The translations under genes were made by a program, and so were the position numbers. Of a DNA stretch of 64,000 nt, positions 27,302 to 36,219 are shown piece after piece. Origin of the DNA: Chlamydiae bacterium RIFCSPLOWO2_12_FULL_49_12 (GTDB lineage Bacteria; Chlamydiota; Chlamydiia; Chlamydiales; Rhabdochlamydiaceae). How positions within the stretch are numbered: the stretch's first letter is position 1; each line of letters opens with the position of its first letter. The stretch is from positions 3,795 through 67,794 of the forward strand of contig MGME01000004.1 in assembly GCA_001796315.1 (NCBI GenBank), given 5' to 3'. Under the pieces are notes generated by a model, which had not been told where the DNA came from, did not search any database, and worked only from the letters and a program-made list of their open reading frames with translations.

Positions 27302-28434
27302 GGCGAACCCTAAAGCCCTTTTTTTTGCTCGTTTTCTTCTCTCTTTCCCTTCTGAGTTTGCCGGAAAAGGTCACGGGGGGCCTGCGCAGTTTGACGGCAT
27401 CGGCGGTCGCGCCCTTTTGGAAGGGGGTAGAGAGAAAAAAGGGAAGAGGCGCTCTCTTACAAGAAGAGCGGCTTCAAGTCGAAAACCAGCGTCTTAAGGC
27501 AGAGATGGAGACGCTAAAAGAATGGATTGTCTCTGAAGGGAGGCGTGAAGAGGAGCTCAGCCGCCTTTTATGGTTGAAGGGGCAGGAAAAAGAAGAAGAG
27601 GGAGAGCGGGAATTTTACAAAAGGAGAATCAAGGAGATCGAAAAACTGATAGATCTTCAGATGCAAGCCTTGCCCGCGCGAGTCATCTATCGAGACCCCC
27701 TCTCCTGGAGCAGCTCTTTGTGGTTAGATGTCGGGAAGAAAACCAATGAAAGGCTAGGAAAAGAGATCGTTGCGAAAGAGAGCCCGGTTGTGATGGGCTC
27801 GTCTCTTGTGGGAGTTGTAGAACAGGTGGAGCGTGAGAAGTGCCGTGTCCGTCTTATTACCGATTCAGGACTTGTCCCTTCCGTCCGTGCCGTGCGCGGA
27901 GAAGAGACATCCCGGCTCTTGACCGAACAGCTCAAAGGGTTGAGGCTGACGTTGAAGCTTGAGGAAGAGCTGAAAGGAAGCAGCGAAGAGAAGCGAGAAC
28001 TCCTTGAGAGGATCGAAAGAGTTCTTCTTACAAAAGGAGAAGAAAAAAGAAGCGCCTATCTTGCAAAAGGAGAGCTTTTCGGCAGCAGCGCTCCTCTCTG
28101 GCGCTCCCGCGGCAACCTGCTCCAAGGGGTGGGTTTTAATTACGATTTTGGCGACGAGGAGGGGCCCGCTCGCCATTTGCGTAACGGACAAGCCTTGGAT
28201 GGAAGCGCGGAAAAAACGCCTCTTCTTCAAGTGGGAGATCTCCTCGTGACTACGGGCTTTGACGGCATCTTCCCTCCCGGGCTTCACGTCGCACGCGTCG
28301 TTGAGATCGGCCGCCTTCGGGAAGGCGCTTCCTCCTATGAACTGAGAGCAAAACCCACAGCGGGAAGCCTCGATTACCTGGAGACGCTCTTTGTCCTGCC
28401 GCCGTTTCAGCGAGCTTCTTCAGCTCAAGAATAA
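27298..28434 (+). CDS. mreC: Rod shape-determining protein MreC-like
   Basis: N-terminal TM, coiled coil (LQVENQRLKAEMETLKEW), then MreC-type beta domain VVMGSSLVGVVEQVEREKCRVRLITDSGLVPSVRAV. It follows the aminotransferase as in Chlamydia. Confidence 0.7.
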   Translation: MRRTLKPFFLLVFFSLSLLSLPEKVTGGLRSLTASAVAPFWKGVERKKGRGALLQEERLQVENQRLKAEMETLKEWIVSEGRREEELSRLLWLKGQEKEEEGEREFYKRRIKEIEKLIDLQMQALPARVIYRDPLSWSSSLWLDVGKKTNERLGKEIVAKESPVVMGSSLVGVVEQVEREKCRVRLITDSGLVPSVRAVRGEETSRLLTEQLKGLRLTLKLEEELKGSSEEKRELLERIERVLLTKGEEKRSAYLAKGELFGSSAPLWRSRGNLLQGVGFNYDFGDEEGPARHLRNGQALDGSAEKTPLLQVGDLLVTTGFDGIFPPGLHVARVVEIGRLREGASSYELRAKPTAGSLDYLETLFVLPPFQRASSAQE

Positions 28435-28498
28435 AAGCTCTCTATGCTACAAGTTGAGTCCAAATCCCAAAAACCCTATCATGATTAGCATTTATGAC

Positions 28499-28582
28499 GC
28501 GGCCATGGCGGAACTGGTAGACGCGCGAGATTCAGGTTCTCGTCGAGGCAACTCGGTGGATGTTCGACTCATCTTGGCCGCA
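28499..28582 (+). tRNA. tRNA-Leu (anticodon CAG), long variable arm
   Basis: GCGGCCATGGCGGAACTGGTAGACGCGCGAGATTCAGGTTCTCGTCGAGGCAACTCGGTGGATGTTCGACTCATCTTGGCCGCA. Acceptor stem is GCGGCCA/TGGCCGC, anticodon loop is TTCAGGT, and it is the 84-nt class II type. Confidence 0.9.
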
Positions 28583-28681
28583 TGTTTTTTAAGGAGGCGC
28601 TGTGAAGCCCACGCCTATCGCGCTCCTTGCAGGTGGACTGCTTGAGGATGAGGCAAGGCTCTTGCCTCGCATCTGCTTTTT

Positions 28682-29395
28682 CTAAGAAAGAGAAGTCCAA
28701 GTCTCCTGATCGGGCGGGATGAGTCTGTCGCTCTCGGAGGGCTGAATTTGTTTTCTTAGGCCGGAAAGCTTCTCCCAGCCTTTTTTTAGTGGCTCTTTTG
28801 CAGAGAGAAGAGAGCCAAAGAAGGAGGTAGTGGCCAGAAGGCCTCCGCTGACAAGAAAACACATGCCAACCGGTTCGCTCACTTTTAGGGCGCAAGATCC
28901 TGAAATCACAAGGCTGAGAGAAGAAAAAAAAGAGAAAGCAAATAAGGAGACTTTTGTTTTTAGCGCATCGCGGTCTCTCACTTGATAGGCGAGGAAAAGA
29001 GACGCGACGCCAAAAATAACTAGAAAAGCTCCATAACTAAAGAGCAGTCCCTTCTGCGTTGCCTGGAGTTCGGAATATTGGTAGGGTCCCGGATCGACAG
29101 GCTCACAATCGTTTAAAGTGCTGATTAGAGGATACGCCAATATTCCGTAACAAAAGAGACAGACCAGGTTCAGCACGCATACGGATTGATCCTGATCCTC
29201 TTCCTGCCACTCTCCAACATGAGGGAAATTTCCTATTGGTACGTGATGGATGCGGTTTACAAACGAATTGTATGTGCGCCGGGACATATCCATTTGTTGT
29301 TGTGATTCCTTCATGCGGATCTGAGAATTTGTCCACATCGTCTGGGCGTGCTGATAATGCTGATTTAAATGATGCTGGTAATGGATGGAACTCAT
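28682..29395 (-). CDS. Multi-pass membrane protein, paralog 1 (Inc-like?)
   Basis: His/Gln-rich N-terminus and about 4 hydrophobic helices. The C-terminal tail SLLSAKEPLKKGWEKLSGLRKQIQPSESDRLIPPDQ is shared almost exactly with the 29617..30219 ORF. Confidence 0.65.
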   Translation of the reverse strand: MSSIHYQHHLNQHYQHAQTMWTNSQIRMKESQQQMDMSRRTYNSFVNRIHHVPIGNFPHVGEWQEEDQDQSVCVLNLVCLFCYGILAYPLISTLNDCEPVDPGPYQYSELQATQKGLLFSYGAFLVIFGVASLFLAYQVRDRDALKTKVSLFAFSFFSSLSLVISGSCALKVSEPVGMCFLVSGGLLATTSFFGSLLSAKEPLKKGWEKLSGLRKQIQPSESDRLIPPDQETWTSLS

Positions 29396-29424
29396 ATGGG
29401 CCTCTTTTCAACAGTTTTCATGAG

Positions 29425-29522
29425 CTCGGGCCTTAAGGCCCGAGAATTTTTGCGGTTTTGGGCCGAGTTTCGAACTCGGCCCAACCTGTCTTTTGAAAAT
29501 ACCCGGCCCTTAAGGGCCGGGT
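29425..29522. repeat. Cluster of three short GC-rich perfect palindromes
   Basis: CTCGGGCCTTAAGGCCCGAG (29425-29444), GGGCCGAGTTTCGAACTCGGCCC (29460-29482) and ACCCGGCCCTTAAGGGCCGGGT (29501-29522), between the two paralogous membrane genes. Confidence 0.8.
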
Positions 29523-29616
29523 TTCCCAACGGGGGAGGGATGAAATGCAAGCAAGAGTAGCGATTTCTTGAAAATGAAGCAAGGTAGTCGGATGCGTTCT
29601 TCAACGATGAGATTGC

Positions 29617-30219
29617 TCAAACCGGTTGATCGGGCGGGATGAGTCTGTCGCTCTCGGAGGGCTGAACTTGTTTTCTTAGGCCGGAAAGCTTCTCCCAGCC
29701 TTTTTTTAGCGGCTCTTTTGCAGAGAGAAGAGAGCGAACGGAGGTAATGGCCAGAAGGCTTCCGACAACGAGGATGCACGCGCCAATGGGTTTGCTTTCT
29801 TTTAGAGCAAGCGCTCCTGCCGTCAACATGCCAAAAGAGGCGAAAAAAGAGGTGGCAACAGCGAGGATTTTTCCTGTCGTCCACTTTTTAGAATTAGCCT
29901 GACCAAAGGCGAGGCTCCCGGCGGCACCAAACAGACCGGCTCCGAAGAGAGATAACATTGGGTCAAAGGAGGTATCTTCAAGAGTATTTTTGCTCATATA
30001 CAATGCATAACTCCCGCAACCGAGTAACGTCCATGCTATTCCGGTCAATAAAATTGGGCGTAATAAGTCAACGCCTTTGCATTTGCGACATTCAAATTCA
30101 AATATGGTTAGCAAACTGAGGTTGGGTGGACTAAATACGTACTGCCACTGATGGTTAATATATTCATTGTGCCATCTTGATTCGTATATCAAAGGGAGGG
30201 GAGGAATTGGGGTCGTCAT
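29617..30219 (-). CDS. Multi-pass membrane protein, paralog 2 (Inc-like?)
   Basis: About 4 hydrophobic helices. The C-terminal tail SLLSAKEPLKKGWEKLSGLRKQVQPSESDRLIPPDQ is encoded by a 109-bp stretch nearly identical to 28707-28815. Confidence 0.65.
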   Translation of the reverse strand: MTTPIPPLPLIYESRWHNEYINHQWQYVFSPPNLSLLTIFEFECRKCKGVDLLRPILLTGIAWTLLGCGSYALYMSKNTLEDTSFDPMLSLFGAGLFGAAGSLAFGQANSKKWTTGKILAVATSFFASFGMLTAGALALKESKPIGACILVVGSLLAITSVRSLLSAKEPLKKGWEKLSGLRKQVQPSESDRLIPPDQPV

Positions 30220-30240
30220 CTTTACCTATTTCTTTACTCT

Positions 30241-30909
30241 CTAAGGAGGGGATCCTTGAGCGCCTGCTTCGAACCACTCCTTTAAAGCTAAGATTCTCTC
30301 TTTGAGCCGCTGAGTGAGGGCCGCTTCCGCCGCTTTTTTTTCTAAAGAAGCGAACTCTTGGTAGCGCAGAGGGCTGCCGAAGATGCAAGAGATCTTGCCG
30401 AAGAGCTTGGGAAATTTTCTCTTGCGGTTCCAGACGTCATAAGTGCCGTGGATGTAGGCGGGGATGATGGCTTTATGAGTGCGGAGGATTAAAAAGGACG
30501 CCCCCTGTTTCAAGGGGCCGAGCCGGTTGTTGAGAGCGCGGCTTCCTTCGGGAAAGAGGATGATCTTTTTTTCTTCTTCGAGAAGAGAGCAGAGGAGTTT
30601 GAAGACTGCGATATCTTTAGCGGTGCCGCGGACGGGGCGCGCATTCAACGCGTAGATGAATCTTCCGAAGAGGGGGATGTTAAAGAGAGTCTCTCGGGCA
30701 AGGAAATAGACCTCCTCCGGCCAGGCAACGGCAAGAAGCGGTGGGTCGAAAAAAGAGGCGTGGTTCGAGGCAATCAGGGCGCCGCCTGTAAAATGATGCT
30801 CAAGTCCGTAGATTTTTAGGCGGTAGCAGAGTTTAAAAAAGAACCGGAAGAGGGCAATGGTTGTCCGGTAAAGGAAATGACCTTTATTTTTTTTTGACAT
30901 TCCCCGCAA
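30241..30909 (-). CDS. plsC: 1-acyl-sn-glycerol-3-phosphate acyltransferase
   Basis: HX4D motif (ASNHASFFDP), FPEGSR motif and a 222-aa length. It sits downstream of cmk as in Chlamydia. Confidence 0.85.
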   Translation of the reverse strand: MRGMSKKNKGHFLYRTTIALFRFFFKLCYRLKIYGLEHHFTGGALIASNHASFFDPPLLAVAWPEEVYFLARETLFNIPLFGRFIYALNARPVRGTAKDIAVFKLLCSLLEEEKKIILFPEGSRALNNRLGPLKQGASFLILRTHKAIIPAYIHGTYDVWNRKRKFPKLFGKISCIFGSPLRYQEFASLEKKAAEAALTQRLKERILALKEWFEAGAQGSPP

Positions 30910-31558
30910 CCATATTGAGAATCATTTCGACGACCTCATCGACAGTGCAGTCCGAGGTGTCAATCAGATGTGCATCGCGGGCTTGTTTGAGGGGGGCAAG
31001 CTTGCGTGTCGAGTCAAGCCGGTCGCGTTGCATAAGCTCTTCGAGCATGTGGCGGTGCTGCTCTTCACTGACGCTTTTGCCTCCTTCAAATTCATTGAGC
31101 CTTCTTTGAGCGCGCACTTCAGGGCGTGCCGTTAAAAAGATCTTGAGGTCGGCATCCGGGAAGACGACCGTCCCCATATCGCGGCCTTCAAATACGGCAT
31201 CTTGACCTTTGGCCGCATCCCTTTGTCTTTTCCAGACGACTTCGCGCACGGGCCTTAAAGCTGAGACCTGTGAGACAAAACGGGTTACAAGAGGAGTGCG
31301 GATGGCGGTGGTGACATCTTCGGGCCCGACGAAGTAGCGTCTCTCTTGCCCGACAGCTTTAAAAGAGAATTCAAAGCCTTCAAGCGCTTTTTTAATCTGC
31401 TTCTCTTCCTCCAGGGGCGTTTTTCTCTGTAAAAAAAACCAGGTGATGGCACGATAGGTGGCCCCCGTGTCGAAGTAGGCGAAGTTCAGCCTTTGGGCAA
31501 CCTTGCGCGCTACGGTGGTTTTTCCTGTCCCGGAGGGGCCGTCAATGGCAATGATCAT
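30884..31558 (-). CDS. cmk: Cytidylate kinase
   Basis: MIIAIDGPSGTGKTTVARKVAQRLNFAYFDTGATYRA is a typical Cmk N-terminus. ATGA overlap with cdsA. Confidence 0.93.
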   Translation of the reverse strand: MIIAIDGPSGTGKTTVARKVAQRLNFAYFDTGATYRAITWFFLQRKTPLEEEKQIKKALEGFEFSFKAVGQERRYFVGPEDVTTAIRTPLVTRFVSQVSALRPVREVVWKRQRDAAKGQDAVFEGRDMGTVVFPDADLKIFLTARPEVRAQRRLNEFEGGKSVSEEQHRHMLEELMQRDRLDSTRKLAPLKQARDAHLIDTSDCTVDEVVEMILNMVAGNVKKK

Positions 31559-32424
31559 AAAAAGGTCCGAATGTAAAAGTAGACAAGAGGAGTTGTTAAT
31601 AAAAGAGAGTCGATCAAGTCTAAAATGCCGCCAATGCCCGGAAGCGCATTGCTGTCTTTGACAAGAGCGTCGCGTTTAAGAAGAGACTCCGCTAAATCTC
31701 CAACCTGCCCAAGGATGCCAAGAAGCGCTCCAAACCAGATGGCATGAGAAAGGGGCAGGAGAAATCCTCCCTGAGAGTAGGCAGCGCCAAGATAGGAGAA
31801 AGCCACGCTAAGCAAGACGGAGCAGAAAAGTCCTGCAAGGGATCCTTCAAGAGTCTTTTGAGGACTGATCACAGGGGCAAGACGGCGTCTTCCCCACAAC
31901 CTTCCCACAAAGTATCCCCCGATATCCGTGATTTTGGTCACAAAGATGAGATAGAAAAACCACCATCGGCCGTCGAAAGAGGGAAGATCAGGCGAGAAAA
32001 AGAAGAGAATTCCAAGCATCAGGCCCAAAGGGATGGCAATGTAGCAGATGGCAAAAAATTGCAGGGCAATATGGAGAATAGCTTGGGAAGGATTTTTAAA
32101 ATGGATGATAAAAAAAGCGACAAGGCCGCTAAAAGGAACAAAAAGAGGGAGTTGAGAGAGCGCGGGAATCCTAATTGCCGCGAAGAGGGAAAAGACTTCA
32201 ACGACGGCAAAAGCAATCATCCAGAAAGTGGCGGGCTTAAAATCTTTCGCGCGTGCGAGCTTAGCATACTCCCAGACAGCGATGCCTGCAAGGAGCGCCA
32301 GCGTGCAGGTGAGCAGCCAGCCCATAAAGGGAAGAGGGGAAAAGAGGGTGAGGAGCACAACCGCTGCTGTGGAAAGCGTTGAGAAGAGAAGGCGAGTGTT
32401 GAGATCTTTTATCTTAGCAGCCAA
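31555..32424 (-). CDS. cdsA: Phosphatidate cytidylyltransferase
   Basis: Polytopic membrane protein with a CdsA-like C-terminal signature: SLLKRDALVKDSNALPGIGGILDLIDS. Confidence 0.85.
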   Translation of the reverse strand: MAAKIKDLNTRLLFSTLSTAAVVLLTLFSPLPFMGWLLTCTLALLAGIAVWEYAKLARAKDFKPATFWMIAFAVVEVFSLFAAIRIPALSQLPLFVPFSGLVAFFIIHFKNPSQAILHIALQFFAICYIAIPLGLMLGILFFFSPDLPSFDGRWWFFYLIFVTKITDIGGYFVGRLWGRRRLAPVISPQKTLEGSLAGLFCSVLLSVAFSYLGAAYSQGGFLLPLSHAIWFGALLGILGQVGDLAESLLKRDALVKDSNALPGIGGILDLIDSLLLTTPLVYFYIRTFL

Positions 32425-33187
32425 TCCGACGCACTCTCCTTTGATGCTCTTTTAATGCTTGGAAAAGATCCTTTTCTTGAAAATCGGGCCAGAGAACCTC
32501 GGAAATGTAGACCTCTGCATAGGAGGCTTGCCAGAGAAGGAAATTGCTCAAGCGTTTTTCTCCGCTTGTGCGGATAATCAGCTGCGGATCTTCCCATTTT
32601 GCCGTATCGAGATAGGAAGTGATGGTCTCCTCTGTGAGCGTTTCTGAAGAGAGCTTTCCTTCTAAACAATCTTTGACCACAGCTTGGATTGTCCGTTTGA
32701 TTTCATCTCTACCCCCGTAATTAAGCGCGAGGACAAGGTCAATCTTGGAGCCGTTCGCAGTGACCTTTTTTGTCTTTTCGAGCTCCTCTTGCACCTCCTT
32801 GGGAAAAGGAGATAAATCTCCAATGCTATCTAGTCTTACCCCTTCTTTTAACATACTTTCCCGTTGCTTGATGAGATAAATTTTAATCAAGTTCATAAGG
32901 GCATCGATCTCTTCGGGAGGACGCTTCCAGTTTTCCGTCGAGAAAACAAAGACGGTAAGTGTTTTGATCCCCAGGTCGGAGGAGGCGCGGACGATGCGGG
33001 TGAGAGTTGCAGCTCCTCGCCAATGACCTGCAGTGGGAGGAAGGCCGCGGTGCTTTGCCCATCTTCGATTCCCGTCCATGATGATGGCCACATGGCGGGG
33101 TAAAAGATCGGGATCGAAGCAAGAGATCTCTTTTTCAATCAGACGAGACGAAGATGGGAAAGAAGAGTTAAGAAGCTGAGAGGGCAT
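32414..33187 (-). CDS. uppS: Undecaprenyl (di-trans,poly-cis) diphosphate synthase
   Basis: HVAIIMDGNRRWA, LTVFVFSTENWKRP and NYGGRDEI...IRTSGEKRLSNFLLWQ. Start taken at ATG 33187, because the longer ORF would overlap purA. Confidence 0.9.
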   Translation of the reverse strand: MPSQLLNSSFPSSSRLIEKEISCFDPDLLPRHVAIIMDGNRRWAKHRGLPPTAGHWRGAATLTRIVRASSDLGIKTLTVFVFSTENWKRPPEEIDALMNLIKIYLIKQRESMLKEGVRLDSIGDLSPFPKEVQEELEKTKKVTANGSKIDLVLALNYGGRDEIKRTIQAVVKDCLEGKLSSETLTEETITSYLDTAKWEDPQLIIRTSGEKRLSNFLLWQASYAEVYISEVLWPDFQEKDLFQALKEHQRRVRRIGC

Positions 33188-34484
33188 GTGGGCAAAAGGG
33201 GTTGTGTAAGACAAGGGTTTGTTCTCTATCGGGACCAAGTGAAACAAAACTAAAAGGGATTTTTAAGAGCTCTTCGATGCGATCGAGATAGGCACGGGCC
33301 TCTTTGGGAAGATCTTTTAATTTTTTTATAGAAGAGGTGGCCTTTTTCCAGCCCGGAAGCTCTTCGTAGACCGGTTCAATCTCCTCCCACTCCTCTTCTG
33401 TCTGGGGAGGAAGGGAAATTTTCTCTTTGTTGAGACGATAGGCGGTGCAGATCTTTACGCTGTCAAGCGAGTCTAGGATGTCGAGCTTCATCAAGGCGAT
33501 CGAATCGACTCCGCTTAACCCAAGGGCGTGGCGTGCAAGCACGGCATCGAACCAGCCGAGGCGCCTCTCTCTTCCTGTTGTCGTTCCCACTTCGCGCGCT
33601 CTTTCAGGAGGCAAGAAGAGGGCATGCTCTTTTGAGGTAAGAGTTGTCGGCAAGGGGCCTCGGCCGACCCGGGTAGTGTAGGCTTTGAGCACTCCTAGGG
33701 TATGATCGATCCGGGTGGGGCCTACTCCAGCCCCGCAGGCAACGCCCGCTGCAAGAGTATGAGAAGAGGTGACAAAGGGGTAAGAGCCGAACGTGATGTC
33801 CAGATAGGTCCCGTGCGCTCCTTCGAAAAGAACCGGGCGGGATTGTTTTATAGCATCGTAAATCATTTCTTCAGCAGGCGCGACAAAAGAGGATAGTTTG
33901 GTTCCATAGCCGGAATATTCTGCAACAATCTCCTCTAATGAAAAGGGGGCTTTGTTAAAAGAGGCTAGGGTTGCATTGACATGAGGCAGGGTGGTTTGAA
34001 GTTTGCGGCGTAGAGCGGAGGGGCGGATGAGTTCTGCGATGCGAATTCCTTGCCGCGAAGAGGCGTCTGTATAACAGGGGCCGATGCCTCTTTGCGTTGT
34101 CCCGATGGCCTCTTTTCCCCTTAGCGACTCCAAGAGAGCGTCCAAGAGGACGTGGTAGGGAAAAATCACATGAGCCGAAGGGGAGATAAAGAGGCGATCT
34201 TTGACAGAGACGCCGCGCTTTTGAAGCTCGTTAATTTCTTCTAAGAGAGCTTTGGGTTGGATGACGGTCCCTCCTGCAATCACGCAGCGGGTATGCGCAT
34301 GTAGAATGCCGGAGGGAATCAAATGAAATTTAAACTCTTGCCCTTGAGTGAGGAGAGTGTGCCCGGCATTATGTCCTCCCTGAGAGCGTACGATGAACTC
34401 AGCCTGCTGGGAGAGAATGTCGATCATTTTCCCTTTTCCTTCATCTCCCCACTGGAGGCCAACGACAATAATGGCAGGCATCAT
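33168..34484 (-). CDS. purA: Adenylosuccinate synthetase
   Basis: VVGLQWGDEGKGKMIDIL...GGHNAGHTL and GTTQRGIGPCY, with full-length conservation. Confidence 0.95.
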   Translation of the reverse strand: MMPAIIVVGLQWGDEGKGKMIDILSQQAEFIVRSQGGHNAGHTLLTQGQEFKFHLIPSGILHAHTRCVIAGGTVIQPKALLEEINELQKRGVSVKDRLFISPSAHVIFPYHVLLDALLESLRGKEAIGTTQRGIGPCYTDASSRQGIRIAELIRPSALRRKLQTTLPHVNATLASFNKAPFSLEEIVAEYSGYGTKLSSFVAPAEEMIYDAIKQSRPVLFEGAHGTYLDITFGSYPFVTSSHTLAAGVACGAGVGPTRIDHTLGVLKAYTTRVGRGPLPTTLTSKEHALFLPPERAREVGTTTGRERRLGWFDAVLARHALGLSGVDSIALMKLDILDSLDSVKICTAYRLNKEKISLPPQTEEEWEEIEPVYEELPGWKKATSSIKKLKDLPKEARAYLDRIEELLKIPFSFVSLGPDREQTLVLHNPFCPHALSAS

Positions 34485-34611
34485 TCCCCTTTTATATCAA
34501 AGCAAACTCAATTTCTCGCGATTTGAGCCGGCATCTTTGGAAAGAATATGCAAAGACAAATTGAATTCAAGGCTCAAAAATCAAGCAAATCGTCATTAAA
34601 GATAGCGGATG

Positions 34612-35364
34612 TTAGGATTTCAGAGCAATGACCGTCCCATTTCTTCCGGTCAGAGGATTGCGCCGATAAGAAAAAAAATCTTTGGGGTGGCAAAAGGAAC
34701 ATAAAGAGGCGATCTGGAGGTTTTTTTCTAAAACGCCAGCCTCGAGAAGCTCTTTTTTAGCCACTGCCCAAAGGTCGAAGCGCCCCTCGGCGACTTGAAA
34801 GGGCCAAAAGCTTTTTGGAAGCATCTTCCGATACTCCTTAAATTCGGCATGATCCGGCCCAAGGCTGGGAGAAATGGCAACAAGAAGATCTTCGGGGCGG
34901 GACCCCATGGCGGCAAAACTGCTGACCATTTTTGTGTAAATCTGTTTGACGTTCCCCCTCCAGCCGGCATGAGCGGCGCCGATTATTTCTTTTTTTGGGT
35001 CGAAAAAGAGCGCAGCCTGGCAGTCGGCATGCTTGATCAGAAGTCCAAGCCCCCTCTTTTCCGTAATCAGGCCGTCGCACTCATCGACTAAGGAAGGGCT
35101 GTTTTTTTCAACCTGGACGATCTGCGTGCCATGGACTTGATTGCCTTGCACAAGCCTCTCTATCCCTAGAAGAGCGCGAATGATCTCAAGATTTTCCTTA
35201 ACATGCTCTTCGTTGTCGCCTATCCCGGCGCCGACATTGAGAGAGGCAAAAGCGCCTTTGCTTACTCCCTTGTGCCGCAGAAAAACTCCCTGTACAAGAT
35301 GAGGATAGGAAGAAAAAAGAGGGAACTCCAACCATGAGACCCCTCTCTTTACTTGTCTTTTCAT
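34612..35364 (-). CDS. pgeF: YfiH/PgeF-family (laccase-domain, DUF152) protein
   Basis: QVHG..I, LLIKHADCQAALFFD and GAAHAGWRGNV motifs. ATG 35364 overlaps the upstream stop (ATGA). Confidence 0.82.
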   Translation of the reverse strand: MKRQVKRGVSWLEFPLFSSYPHLVQGVFLRHKGVSKGAFASLNVGAGIGDNEEHVKENLEIIRALLGIERLVQGNQVHGTQIVQVEKNSPSLVDECDGLITEKRGLGLLIKHADCQAALFFDPKKEIIGAAHAGWRGNVKQIYTKMVSSFAAMGSRPEDLLVAISPSLGPDHAEFKEYRKMLPKSFWPFQVAEGRFDLWAVAKKELLEAGVLEKNLQIASLCSFCHPKDFFSYRRNPLTGRNGTVIALKS

Positions 35365-35789
35365 TTCATGGGACAGCCCTGCATGGGGCATTTTTCTCCA
35401 CCCATGGGACAGCTTTTTCCGGGCATCATTTGCTGAACCTGGATTCCCGCTTGCTTGGCGATGAGGTCCACGGATGAAACGGGTGTCAGAACAACGCCTT
35501 GAGCATCTCGTTTTCCGGCCATGCCCATGGCTTGTTGACGCTGTTCAGGAGTAAACTGTTTGCAAAACAGTTGTTGATGCATCATGTCAAAATCTTTTGC
35601 AAAGGCTTGCTCGCCGGCAGAGAGCGCGGCGCAAGGATTGGGTTGTGCCGGAAGGGCAGGCTGCATGGGTTGTGCTTCCGGGAGTTGCAGCATCTCGTCG
35701 GATTGTTGAAGCGCGTCATCCGAAGCAGGCTGATCGACTGCAAAAGCGCTAAAAGAGAACAAAAGCGAACAAAAAAGAAAACGCAACAT
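35361..35789 (-). CDS. Small secreted protein with Cys/Met-rich C-terminus
   Basis: Signal peptide MLRFLFCSLLFSFSAFA, a Gln/Pro/Met-rich body and a C-terminal SCPMGGEKCPMQGCPMK (three CPM repeats). The ORF-track N-terminal extension runs into repeat B3 and was dropped. Confidence 0.6.
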   Translation of the reverse strand: MLRFLFCSLLFSFSAFAVDQPASDDALQQSDEMLQLPEAQPMQPALPAQPNPCAALSAGEQAFAKDFDMMHQQLFCKQFTPEQRQQAMGMAGKRDAQGVVLTPVSSVDLIAKQAGIQVQQMMPGKSCPMGGEKCPMQGCPMK

Positions 35790-35866
35790 AAAACACCTCC
35801 TAAAAGTAGACATCCCTTGTTTATAGGTCCTTGAGCCTATTTTTGTCACCTGTTTGAGGATCGATT

Positions 35867-36031
35867 GATACCGAACGCACTTGAAAAATTGGATTTGGGC
35901 CGACGCGAAAGCTCTCCTCGGTTCGACGATCGCATCTCGCCCAATATTAGAAATATGGGGCGAGATGCGATCGTCGAACCCCGAGGTTTTGGCGCAGCCG
36001 AAATTCCAAGTTTTGAAGTGCGTTCGGTATA
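35867..36031. repeat. Palindromic element, family B, copy B3 (inverted relative to B1/B2)
   Basis: GATACCGAACGCACTTGAAAAATTGG ... CCAAGTTTTGAAGTGCGTTCGGTATA. The arm order is swapped relative to B2. It sits in a divergent intergenic region. Confidence 0.9.
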
Positions 36032-36219
36032 TACCGTATCCTGGCAAATCTTCTCGTTAAATGGCGGTCGGCTCGTCCCGTCCTCCGTTCTTGAAAAGGT
36101 TGACTAAAATCATTTCTCTTTCCTATCTTAAGGGGTATTATGTCTCTTTAACCAAGCCCAGCGCTCATAAAGAGGCTGAAAGAAAAACTAAATGTTATGA
36201 AAAATATAGGGAGTATTCA

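Noticed and set aside
28650-28681. A Rho-independent terminator after tRNA-Leu: hairpin GAGGCAAG-GCT-CTTGCCTC followed by a T-run.
   Set aside because: The T-run starts 8 nt after the stem rather than adjoining it, so it does not meet the usual intrinsic-terminator geometry.
28499-30219. A genomic island integrated at tRNA-Leu, carrying the two paralogous membrane genes.
   Set aside because: There is no integrase, no direct repeat of the tRNA 3' end, and no obvious compositional shift. The idea remains possible but is unsupported.
35790-36219. ORF-track N-terminal extensions that run through repeats: 35361..36047 minus, 36061..36432 plus, 40440..40592 plus and 341..736 minus.
   Set aside because: The extended parts are translations of palindromic elements. 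Internal ATGs followed by clean signal peptides or conserved N-termini, some with Shine-Dalgarno-like sequences, give more sensible starts.
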